Notes under the pieces: model-generated
Told to the model about the DNA's origin: nothing
Databases searched by the model: none
What the model saw: only the letters and a program-made list of their open reading frames with translations
Translations under genes and position numbers: made by a program
In this document: one piece after another, positions 11,001 through 24,300 of the stretch
How the letters are laid out: every line of letters starts with the position of its first letter
Numbering within the stretch: position 1 is the stretch's first letter
NCBI RefSeq assembly: GCF_009914755.1
Contig: NC_060948.1
Source of the DNA: the human T2T-CHM13v2.0 reference genome, Homo sapiens
Length of the DNA stretch: 64,000 nucleotides
Strand: one strand, 5' to 3'

Positions 11001-14000
11001 CGAATGCTCAAATTGAATGGACTCGAATGGAATGGAAACGAAAGGAATGTCATCGAATGGAATTGAATCGATTGGAATGAAATCGCATAGAATGGAGTGG
11101 AATCAAATGGAATTGAATCGAAAGGAAAGGAAGCGAATGGACTGAAATGAAATGGAATGGAATTGAATGGAAAGTAATGCAATGGAATAGAATGGAATGA
11201 AATTTCACGGAATGGAATCAAACTGAATGGAATCAAATCAATGGAATCTAATCAAATGGAATGGAAAGGAATTGAATGGAGTAGATTGGATTGGATGGGA
11301 TTGGAATGAAATGTACTGGAAAGGACTCGAATTTCATGAAACGGAATGGAATGAATTGGAACGGAATGGACTCGAATGGAATGGAATGTCATGGAATGGC
11401 ATCAAATGGAATGGCATCAAATGGAATGGAATCGAATGCAATGGAATGCTATGGAATGGAATGGAATGCATTGGAATGGAATGTCCTCTAATGGAATGGA
11501 TTCGAGTGGAATGGAATCGAATATAATGGAGTCGAATGAAATGGAATTGAAAGGAATGGGATCGAATAGAATGGAATATACTGAAATGTAATGCAATGAA
11601 CTCGAATGTAATTGACTGGAATGGAATGTACATGAATGGAATGTAATCGAATGGAAAGTAATCCAATGGAATAGAATCTAATGCAATAAAACCGACTCAG
11701 ATAGAGTAGAATGTAATGGAATGGAGTGCAGTGCAATGGAATGGAATGGAATTGAATGCAATGGAATGGAATGGAATGGAATGGAATGGAATGGAATGGA
11801 ATGGAATGGAATGGGATGGAATGGTATGGAATGGATAGTAATGGACTGGAGTGAAATGGACTGGAAAGGAATGGACTCAAATTGAAAGGGCTCGAAAGGA
11901 ATGGAGTCAAATGGAATGGTCTGGAATGGAATGAACACGAATGTAATGCAATCCAATAGAATGGAATCGAATGGCATGGAATATAAAGAAATGGAATCGA
12001 AGAGAATGGAAACAAATGGAATGGAATTGAATGGAATGGAATTGAATGGAATGGGAACGAATGGAGTGAAATTGTATGCAGTAGAAGGGAATAGAATGGA
12101 ATGCAAGCGAAAGGAAAGGAATGGATTGGAATGGAATGGAATTCATTGGAATGGAAGGGAATGTAGTGTAATGGACAGGCCTGGAATACAGTGGAATGCT
12201 ACGGTCTCGAATGGAATAAAAATGTATGGAATGGAATGCAATGAAACGGAATCGAATGTCATAGAATGTAATGGAATGCAAAAAAATGGAATCCAAAATC
12301 ATTGACTGGAAAGGCTGGGTGTCGAAAGGAATTGACTCCAATGGAATGGAATCGAATTTAATGGAAGTGAATAGAATCGAACTAAATCGAATGGAATGGA
12401 ATTGATAGGAACGGAATGGAAAGGAATGCAATGATTTGGCATGGAACGGAATCGAATGGCATCGAATGGAATGGAATGGAATGCAATGGAATGGAATGTA
12501 TTAGAATATAATGAACTTTAATGGAATGTACTCGAATGGATTCGACTGGAATGGAATGTTCTGGAAGTGAATGGACTCCAATGGAATGGATTCAAAAGGA
12601 ATGGAATCGTACGGAATGGAATCTAATGGAATGGAATTAAATGGAAATGAATCAAAATGAATAGCACGGAATTGAATTGAATGGAATCGAATGCAATGGA
12701 ATCTAATGAAACGGAAAGGAAAGGAATGGAATGGAATGGAATGGGCTGGAATGGAAAGGAATCGAAACGAATGGAATGGAATCGAACTGAAGAGACTGGA
12801 ATGGAATGCACTGGAATGGAAGGGAGTGTAATGGAAGGTTCTCGAAAAAAATGGAATCGAATGGAATGGAATTGAATGGAACGGAATAGAGTCGAATGGA
12901 ATTGAATGGAATGGAATGGACTAGAGTGAAATGGAATCGAACCACAAGGAATGGACAGGAATAGAATGGTCTCGAATTGAATGGAGTCGTATGGAATGGC
13001 ATCAAACGGAATGGAATGGACAGCCACGGAATGGAATGCACTCGAATGCAATGGAGTCGAAACTAATGGACTGGAATAGAATGGACTCGACTGGTACGGA
13101 CTCCAGTGGAAGGGAATCGAATGGAAGGGAATCGAACGGAATGGACTCGAAGGGAAAAGATTGCAATGGAAAGGTCTCGAATGGAATGGAAATTAATGGA
13201 ATGGAATGGAATCGAATGAAATGGAGTCAAAAGGAATGGAATCGAATGGCAAGAAATCGAATGTAATGGAATCGCAAGGAATTGATGTGAACGGAACGGA
13301 ATGGAATGGAATCCAAAGGAATGGAATAGAATGGAATGGAATCGAATGGAAAGGACTCGAATGGAAATCACTCGAATAGAATGCAACTTAATAAAATAGG
13401 ATCAAATGTAATGGAATGGAATGGAAAGGAATCGAAACGAAAGGAATGGAGACAGATGGAATGGAATAGAACAGAGAGCAATGGTATAGAATGGAAAGGA
13501 ATCATCTGGAATGGAATTGAATGGAATGGAATAATATGAAATGGAATGGAATGGAATGGAATGGAATGCCCTTGAATTAAATGGACTGGAATGGAATGGA
13601 CTCGAACAGAGTGGAATGGAAAGTGTTGAGATAGAATAGAATGGACTCGTTTGGAATGGTCTAGTATGCAATGCAATCGACTGGCAGGGAATCAAAAGGA
13701 ATGTAATCGAATGGATTGGACTGGAATGCAATGGACTCGAATAGATTGCAAACGGAATGCAAAGGAATGGAATGGAATAGTATGGAATGGAATGGAAAGG
13801 AATGGAGTGGAATAGACTAGAGTGGAATGGAATGGACTGGAAAGCAATGGACTGGAATGGAACTTTCTTGAATGGACTGGAATCAAACGGAATGGAATGC
13901 AATGCAATCAAATGGCATGGAATAAAATAGAATGAAAGAGAATCAAATGGAATTGAATCGAATGGAATCGAATGGATTGGAAAGGAATAGAATGGAATGG

Positions 14001-17000
14001 AATGGAATGGACTAGAATGGAATGGATTCGAATGGAAGGCAAAGGAATGGAATCTATTGGAATGGACTGTAATGGAATGGAATGGAAGGGATTGGAATGG
14101 ACTCGAATGGAATGGACTGCAATAGAAAGGATTCGAATGGAATGAAAAAGAATTGAATGGAATAGAACAGAATGGAATCAAATCGAATGAAATGGAATGG
14201 AATAGAAAGGAATGGAATGAAATGGAATGGAAAGGATTCGAATGGAATGCAATCGAATGGAATGGAATCGAACGGAATGGAATAAAATGGAAGAAAACTG
14301 GCAAGAAATGGAATCGAAATGAATGGAGTGTTATGGAACGGACTCAAAAGGAATTGAATGTAATAGAATGGAGTGGAGTGGACTCGAATATAATGGACTG
14401 GAAAGGAATGAAATCACATGGAATGGGAACGAATGGAATGGAATGGAAAGGAATGGAATCGAATGGAAAGGAATCGAATGGAAGGGAATGAAATTGAATC
14501 AACAGGAATGGAAGGGAATAGAATAGACGGTAATGGAATGGAATCGAATAGAATGGACACGAATGCTCAAATTGAATGGACTCGAATGGAATGGAAACGA
14601 AAGGAATGTCATCGAATGGAATTGAATCGATTGGAATGAAATCGCATAGAATGGAGTGGAATCAAATGGAATTGAATCGAAAGGAAAGGAAGCGAATGGA
14701 CTGAAATGAAATGGAATGGAATTGAATGGAAAGTAATGCAATGGAATAGAATGGAACGAAATTTCACGGAATGGAATCAAACTGAATGGAATCAAATCAA
14801 TGGAATCCAATCAAATGGAATGGAGTAGATTGGATTGGATGGGATTGGAATGAAATGTACTGGAAAGGACTCGAATTTCATGAAACGGAATGGAATGAAT
14901 TGGAACGGAATGGACTCGAATGGAATGGAATGTCATAGAATGGCATCAAATGGAATGGCATCAAATGGAATGGAATCGAATGCAATGGAATGCTATGGAA
15001 TGGAATGGAATGCATTGGAATGGAATGTCCTCTAATGGAATGGATTCGAGTGGAATGGAATCGAATATAATGGAGTCGAATGAAATGGAATTGAAAGGAA
15101 TGGGATCGAATACAATGGAATATACTGGAATGTAATGTAATGAACTCGAATGTAATTGACTGGAATGGAATGTACATGAATGGAATGTAATCGAATGGAA
15201 AGTAATCCAATGGAATAGAATCTAATGCAATAAAATCGACTCAGATAGAGTAGAATGTAATGGAATGGAGTGCAGTGCAATGGAATGGAATGGAATGGAA
15301 TGCAATGGAATGGAATGGAATGGAATGGAATGGAATGGAATGGGATGGAATGGTATGGAATGGATGGTAATGGACTGGAGTGAAATGGACTGGAAAGGAA
15401 TGGACTCAAATTGAAAGGGCTGGAAAGGAATGGAGTCAAATGGAATGGTCTGGAATGGAATGAACACGAAAGTAATGCAATCCAATAGAATGGAATCGAA
15501 TGGCATGGAATATAATGAAATGGAATCGAAGAGAATGGAAACAAATGGAATGGAATTGAATGGAATGGAATTGAATGGAATGGGAACGAATGGAGTGAAA
15601 TTGTATGCAGTAGAAGGGAATAGAATGGAATGCAAGCGAAAGGAAAGGAATGGATTGGAAAGGAATGGAATTCATTGGAATGGAAGGGAATGTAGTGTAA
15701 TGGACAGGCCTGGAATAAAGTGGAATGCTACGGTCTCGAATGGAATAAAAATGTATGGAATGGAATGCAATGAAACGGAATCGAATGTCATAGAATGTAA
15801 TGGAATGCAAAAAACTGGAATCCAAAATCATTGACTGGAAAGGCTGGGTGTCGAAAGGAATTGACTCCAATGGAATGGAATCGAATGGAATGGAAGTGAA
15901 TAGAATCGAACTAAATCGAATGGAATGGAATTGATAGGAACGGAATGGAAAGGAATGCAATGATTTGGCACGGAATGGAATCGAATGGCATCGAACGGAA
16001 TGGAATGGAATGCAATTGAATGGAACGTATTAGAATGTAATGAACTTTAATGGAATGTACTCGAATGGATTCGACTGGAATGGAATGTTCTGGAAGTGAA
16101 TGGACTCCAATGGAATGGATTCAAAAGGAATGGAATCGTACGGAATGGAATCTAATGGAATGGAATTAAATGGAAATGAATCAAATTGAATAGCATGGAA
16201 TTGAATTGAATGGAATCGAATGCAATGGAATCTAATGAAACGGAAAGGAAAGGAATGGAATGGAATGGAATGGGCTGGAATGGAAAGGAATCGAAACGAA
16301 TGGAATGGAATCGAACTGACGAGACTGGAATGGAATGCACTGGAATGGAAGGGAGTGTAATGGAAGGTTCTCGAAAAAAATGGAATCGAATGGAATGGAA
16401 TTGAATGGAACGGAATAGAGTCAAATGGATTTGAATGGAATGGAATGGACTAGAGTGAAATGGAATCGAACCACAAGGAATGGACAGGAATAGAATGGTC
16501 TCGAATTGAATGGAATCGTATGGAATGGCATCAAACGGAATGGAATGGACAGCCACGGAATGGAATGCACTCGAATGCAATGGAGTCGAAACTAATGGAC
16601 TGGAATAGAATGGATTCGACTGGTACGGACTCCAATGGAATGGAATCGAATGGAAGGGAATCGAACGGAACGGACTCGAAGGAAAAAGACTGCAATGGAA
16701 AGGTCTCGAATGGAATGGAAATTAATGGAATGGAATGGAATCGAATGACATGGAGTCAAAAGGAATGGAATCGAATGGCAAGAAATCGAATGTAATGGAA
16801 TCGCAAGGAATTGATGTGAACGGAACGGAATGGAATGGAATCCAAAGGAATGGAATAGAATGGAATGGAATCGAATGGAAAGGACTCGAATGGAAATCAC
16901 TCGAATAGAATGCAATTTAATAAAATAGGATCAAATGTAATGGAATGGAATGGAAAGGAATCGAAACGAAAGGAATGGAGACAGATGGAATGGAATGGAA

Positions 17001-18339
17001 CAGAGAGCAATGGTATAGAATGGAATGGAATCATCAGGAATGGAATTGAATGGAATGGAATAATATGAAATGGAATGGAATGGAATGGAATGGAATGCCC
17101 TTGAATTAAATGGACTGGAATGGAATGGACTCGAACAGAGTGGAATGGAAAGTGTTGAGATAGAATGGAATGGACTCGTTTGGAATGGTCTAGTATGCAA
17201 TGCAATCGACTGGCAGGGAATCAAAAGGAATGTAATGGAATGGATTGGACTGGAATGCAATGGACTCGAATAGATTGGAAACGGAATGCAAAGGAATGGA
17301 ATGGAATAGTATGGAATGGAATGGAAAGGAATGGAGTGGAATAGACTAGAGTGGAATGGAATGGACTGGAAAGCAATAGACTGGAATGGAACTTTCTTGA
17401 ATGGACTGGAATCAAACGGAATGGAATGCAATGCAATCAAATGGCATGGAATAAAATAGAATGAAAGAGAATCAAATGGAATTGAATCGAATGGAATCGA
17501 ATGGATTGGAAAGGAATAGAATGGAATGGAATGGAATTGACTCAAATGGAATGGACTAGAATGGAATGGATTCGAATGGAAGGCAAAGGAATGGAATCTA
17601 TTGGAATGGACTGTAATGGAATGGAATGGAAGGGATTGGAATGGACTCGAATGGAATGGACTGCAATAGAAAGGATTCGAATGGAATGAAAAAGAATTGA
17701 ATGGAATAGAACAGAATGGAATCAAATCGAATGAAATGGAGTGGAATAGAAAGGAATGGAATGAAATGGAATGGAAAGGATTCGAATGGAATGCAATCGA
17801 ATGGAATGGAATCGAACGGAATGGAATAAAATGGAAGAAAACTGGCAAGAAATGGAATCGAAATGAATGGAGTGTTATGGAACGGACTCAAAAGGAATTG
17901 AATGTAATAGAATGGAGTGGAGTGGACTCGAATATAATGGACTGGAATGGAATGAAATCACATGGAATGGGAACGAATGGAATGGAATGGAAAGGAATGG
18001 AATCGAATGGAAAGGAATCGAATGGAAGGGAATGAAATTGAATCAACAGGAATGGAAGGGAATAGAATAGACGGTAATGGAATGGACTCGAATTGAATGG
18101 ACACGAATGCTCAAATTGAATGGACTCGAATGGAATGGAAACGAAAGGAATGTCATCGAATGGAATTGAATCGATTGGAATGAAATCGCATAGAATGGAG
18201 TGGAATCAAATGGAATTGAATCGAAAGGAAAGGAAGCGAATGGACTGAAATGAAATGGAATGGAATTGAATGGAAAGTAATGCAATGGAATAGAATGGAA
18301 CGAAATTTCACGGAATGGAATCAAACTGAATGGAATCAA

Positions 18340-21300
18340 ACCAATGGAATCAAATCAAATGGAATGGAAAGGAATTGAATGGAGTAGATTGGATTGGATG
18401 GGATTGGAATGAAATGTACTGGAAAGGACTCGAATTTCATGAAACGGAATGGAATGAATTGGAACGGAACGGACTCGAATGGAATGGAATGTCATGGAAT
18501 GGCATCAAATGGAATGGCATCAAATGGAATGGAATCGAATGCAATGGAATGCTATGGAATGGAATGGAATGCATTTTAATGGAATGTCCTCTAATGGAAT
18601 GGATTCGAGTGGAATGGAATCGAATATAATGGAGTCGAATGAAATGGAATTGAAAGGAATGGGATCAAATACAATGGAATATACTGGAATGTAATGTAAT
18701 GAACTCGAATGTAATTGACTGGAATGGAATGTACATGAATGGAATGTAATCGAATGGAAAGTAATCCAATGGAATAGAATCTAATGCAATAAAATCGACT
18801 CAGATAGAGTAGAATGTAATGGAATGGAGTGCAGTGCAATGGAATGGAATGGAATGCAATGGAATGGAATGGAATGGAATGGAATGGAATGGAATGGAAT
18901 GGTGTGGAATGGATAGTAATGGACTGGAGTGAAATGGACTGGAAAGGAATGGACTCAAATTGAATGGGCTCGAAAGGAATGGAGTCAAATGGAATGGTCT
19001 GGAATGGAATGAACACGAATGTAATGCAATCCAATAGAATGGAATCGAATGGCATGGAATATAAAGAAATGGAATCGAAGAGAATGGAAACAAATGGAAT
19101 GGAATTGAATGGAATGGAATTGAATGGAATGGGAAGGAATGGAGTGAAATTGTATGCAGTAGAAGAGAATAGAATGGAATGCAAGTGAAAGGAAAGGAAT
19201 GGATTGGAATGGAATGGAATTCATTGGAATGGAAGGGAATGTAGTGTAATGGACAGGCCTGGAATAAAGTGGAATGCTACGGTCTCGAATGGTATAAAAA
19301 TGTATGGAATGGAATGCAATAAAACGGAATCGAATGTCATAGAATGTAATGGAATGCAAAAAAATGGAATCCAAAATCATTGACTGGAAAGGCTGGGTGT
19401 CGAAAGGAATTGACTCCAATGGAATGGAATCGAATGGAATGGAAGTGAATAGAATCGAACTAAATCGAATGGAATGGAATTGATAGGAACGGAATGGAAA
19501 GGAATGCAATGATTTGGCATGGAATGGAATCGAATGGCATCGAATGGAATGGAATGGAATGCAATGGAATGGAATGTATTAGAATGTAATGAACTTTAAT
19601 GGAATGTACACGAATGGATTCGACTGGAATGGAATGTTCTGGAAGTGAATGGACTCCAATGGAATGGATTCCAAAGGAATGGAATCGTACGGAATGGAAT
19701 CTAATGGAATGGAATTAAATGGAAATGAATCAAATTGAATAGCACGGAATTGAATTGAATGGAATGGAATGCAATGGAATCTAATGAAACGGAAAGGAAA
19801 GGAATGGAATGGAATGGAATGGGCTGGAATGGAAAGGAATCGAAACGAATGCAATGGAATCGAACTGAAGAGACTGGAATGGAATGCACTGGAATGGAAG
19901 GGAGTGTAATGGAAGGTTCTCGAAAAAAATGGAATGGAATGGAATGGAATTGAATGGAACGGAATAGAGTCGAATGGAATTGAATGGAATGGAATGGACT
20001 AGAGTGAAATGGAATCGAACCACAAGGAATGGACAGGAATAGAATGGTCTCGAATTGAATGGAATCGTATGGAATGGCATCAAACGGAATGGAATGGACA
20101 GCCACGGAATGGAATGCACTCGAATGCAATGGAGTCGAAACTAATGGACTGGAATAGAATGGACTCGACTGGTACGGACTCCAATGGAATGGAATCGAAT
20201 GGAAGGGAATCGAACGGAATGGACTCGAAGGGAAAAGACTGCAATGGAAAGGTCTCGAATGGAATGGAAATTAATGGAATGGAATGGAATCGAATGAAAT
20301 GGAGTCAAAAGGAATGGAATCGAATGGCAAGAAATCGAATGTAATGGAATCGCAAGGAATTGATGTGAACGGAACGGAATGGAATGGAATCCAAAGGAAT
20401 GGAATAGAATGGAATGGAATCGAATGGAAAGGACTCGAATGGAAATCACTCGAATAGAATGCAATTTAATAAAATAGGATCAAATGTAATGGAATGGAAT
20501 GGAAAGGAATCGAAACGAAAGGAATGGAGACAGATGGAATGGAATGGAACAGAGAGCAATGGTATAGAATGGAATGGAATCATCTGGAATGGAATTGAAT
20601 GGAATGGAATAATATGAAATGGAATGGAATGGAATGGAATGCCCTTGAATTAAATGGACTGGAATGGAATGGACTCGAACAGAGTGGAATGGAAAGTGTT
20701 GAGATAGAATGGAATGGACTCGTTTGGAATGGTCTAGTAGGCAATGCAATCGACTGGCAGGGAATCAAAAGGAATGTAATGGAATGGATTGGACTGGAAT
20801 GCAATGGACTCGAATAGATTGGAAACGGAATGCAAAGGAATGGAATGGAATAGTATGGAATGGAATGGAAAGGAATGCAGTGGAATAGACTAGAGTGGAA
20901 TGGAATGGACTGGAAAGCAATGGACTGGAATGGAACTTTATTGAATGGACTGGAATCAAACGGAATGGAATGCAATGCAATCAAATGGCATGGAATAAAA
21001 TAGAATGAAAGAGAATCAAATGGAATTGAATCGAATGGAATCGAATGGATTGGAAAGGAATAGAATGGAATGGAATGGAATTGACTCAAATGGAATGGAC
21101 TAGAATGGAATGGATTCGAATGGAAGGCAAAGGAATGGAATCTATTGGAATGGACTGTAATGGAATGGAATGGAAGGGATTGGAATGGACTCGAATGGAA
21201 TGGACTGCAATAGAAAGGATTCGAATGGAATGAAAAAGAATTGAATGGAATAGAACAGAATGGAATCAAATCGAATGAAATGGAATGGAATAGAAAGGAA

Positions 21301-24300
21301 TGGAATGAAATGGAATGGAAAGGATTCGAATGGAATGCAATCGAATGGAATGGAATCGAACGGAATGGAATAAAATGGAAGAAAACTGGCAAGAAATGGA
21401 ATCGAAATGAATGGAGTGTTATGGAACGGACTCAAAAGGAATTGAATGTAATAGAATGGAGTGGAGTGGACTCGAATATAATGGACTGGAATGGAATGAA
21501 ATCACATGGAATGGGAACGAATGGAATGGAATGGAAAGGAATGGAATCGAATGGAAAGGAATCGAATGGAAGGGAATGAAATTGAATCAACAGGAATGGA
21601 AGGGAATAGAATAGACGGTAATGGAATGGACTCGAATAGAATGGACACGAATGCTCAAATTGAATGGACTCGAATGGAATGGAAACGAAAGGAATGTCAT
21701 CGAATGGAATTGAATCGATTGGAATGAAATCGCATAGAATGGAGTGGAATCAAATGGAATTGAATCGAAAGGAAAGGAAGCGAATGGACTGAAATGAAAT
21801 GGAATGGAATTGAATGGAAAGTAATGCAATGGAATAGAATGGAACGAAATTTCACGGAATGGAATCAAACTGAATGGAATCAAACCAATGGAATCAAATC
21901 AAATGGAATGGAAAGGAATTGAATGGAGTAGATTGGATTGGATGGGATTGGAATGAAATGTACTGGAAAGGACTCGAATTTCATGAAACGGAATGGAATG
22001 AATTGGAACGGAACGGACTCGAATGGAATGGAATGTCATGGAATGGCATCAAATGGAATGGCATCAAATGGAATGGAATCGAATGCAATGGAATGCTATG
22101 GAATGGAATGGAATGCATTTTAATGGAATGTCCTCTAATGGAATGGATTCGAGTGGAATGGAATCGAATATAATGGAGTCGAATGAAATGGAATTGAAAG
22201 GAATGGGATCGAATACAATGGAATATACTGGAATGTAATGTAATGAACTCGAATGTAATTGACTGGAATGGAATGTACATGAATGGAATGTAATCGAATG
22301 GAAAGTAATCCAATGGAATAGAATCTAATGCAATAAAATCGACTCAGATAGAGTAGAATGTAATGGAATGGAGTGCAGTGCAATGGAATGGAATGGAATG
22401 GAATGCAATGGAATGGAATGGAATGGAATGGAATGGAATGGAATGGAATGGAATGGTGTGGAATGGATAGTAATGGACTGGAGTGAAATGGACTGGAAAG
22501 GAATGGACTCAAATTGAATGGGCTCGAAAGGAATGGAGTCAAATGGAATGGTCTGGAATGGAATGAACACGAATGTAATGCAATCCAATAGAATGGAATC
22601 GAATGGCATGGAATATAAAGAAATGGAATCGAAGAGAATGGAAACAAATGGAATGGAATTGAATGGAATGGAATTGAATGGAATGGGAAGGAATGGAGTG
22701 AAATTGTATGCAGTAGAAGAGAATAGAATGGAATGCAAGTGAAAGGAAAGGAATGGATTGGAATGGAATGGAATTCATTGGAATGGAAGGGAATGTAGTG
22801 TAATGGACAGGCCTGGAATAAAGTGGAATGCTACGGTCTCGAATGGTATAAAAATGTATGGAATGGAATGCAATGAAACGGAATCGAATGTCATAGAATG
22901 TAATGGAATGCAAAAAAATGGAATCCAAAATCATTGACTGGAAAGGCTGGGTGTCGAAAGGAATTGACTCCAATGGAATGGAATCGAATGGAATGGAAGT
23001 GAATAGAATCGAACTAAATCGAATGGAATGGAATTGATAGGAACGGAATGGAAAGGAATGCAATGATTTGGCATGGAATGGAATCGAATGGCATCGAATG
23101 GAATGGAATGGAATGCAATGGAATGGAATGTATTAGAATGTAATGAACTTTAATGGAATGTACTCGAATGGATTCGACTGGAATGGAATGTTCTGGAAGT
23201 GAATGGACTCCAATGGAATGGATTCCAAAGGAATGGAATCGTACGGAATGGAATCTAATGGAATGGAATTAAATGGAAATGAATCAAATTGAATAGCACG
23301 GAATTGAATTGAATGGAATGGAATGCAATGGAATCTAATGAAACGGAAAGGAAAGGAATGGAATGGAATGGAATGGGCTGGAATGGAAAGGAATCGAAAC
23401 GAATGCAATGGAATCGAACTGAAGAGACTGGAATGGAATGCACTGGAATGGAAGGGAGTGTAATGGAAGGTTCTCGAAAAAAATGGAATGGAATGGAATG
23501 GAATTGAATGGAACGGAATAGAGTCGAATGGAATTGAATGGAATGGAATGGACTAGAGTGAAATGGAATCGAACCACAAGGAATGGACAGGAATAGAATG
23601 GTCTCGAATTGAATGGAATCGTATGGAATGGCATCAAACGGAATGGAATGGACAGCCACGGAATGGAATGCACTCGAATGCAATGGAGTCGAAACTAATG
23701 GACTGGAATAGAATGGACTCGACTGGTACGGACTCCAATGGAATGGAATCGAATGGAAGGGAATCGAACGGAATGGACTCGAAGGGAAAAGACTGCAATG
23801 GAAAGGTCTCGAATGGAATGGAAATTAATGGAATGGAATGGAATCGAATGAAATGGAGTCAAAAGGAATGGAATCGAATGGCAAGAAATCGAATGTAATG
23901 GAATCGCAAGGAATTGATGTGAACGGAACGGAATGGAATGGAATCCAAAGGAATGGAATAGAATGGAATGGAATCGAATGGAAAGGACTCGAATGGAAAT
24001 CACTCGAATAGAATGCAATTTAATAAAATAGGATCAAATGTAATGGAATGGAATGGAAAGGAATCGAAACGAAAGGAATGGAGACAGATGGAATGGAATG
24101 GAACAGAGAGCAATGGTATAGAATGGAATGGAATCATCTGGAATGGAATTGAATGGAATGGAATAATATGAAATGGAATGGAATGGAATGGAATGCCCTT
24201 GAATTAAATGGACTGGAATGGAATGGACTCGAACAGAGTGGAATGGAAAGTGTTGAGATAGAATGGAATGGACTCGTTTGGAATGGTCTAGTAGGCAATG

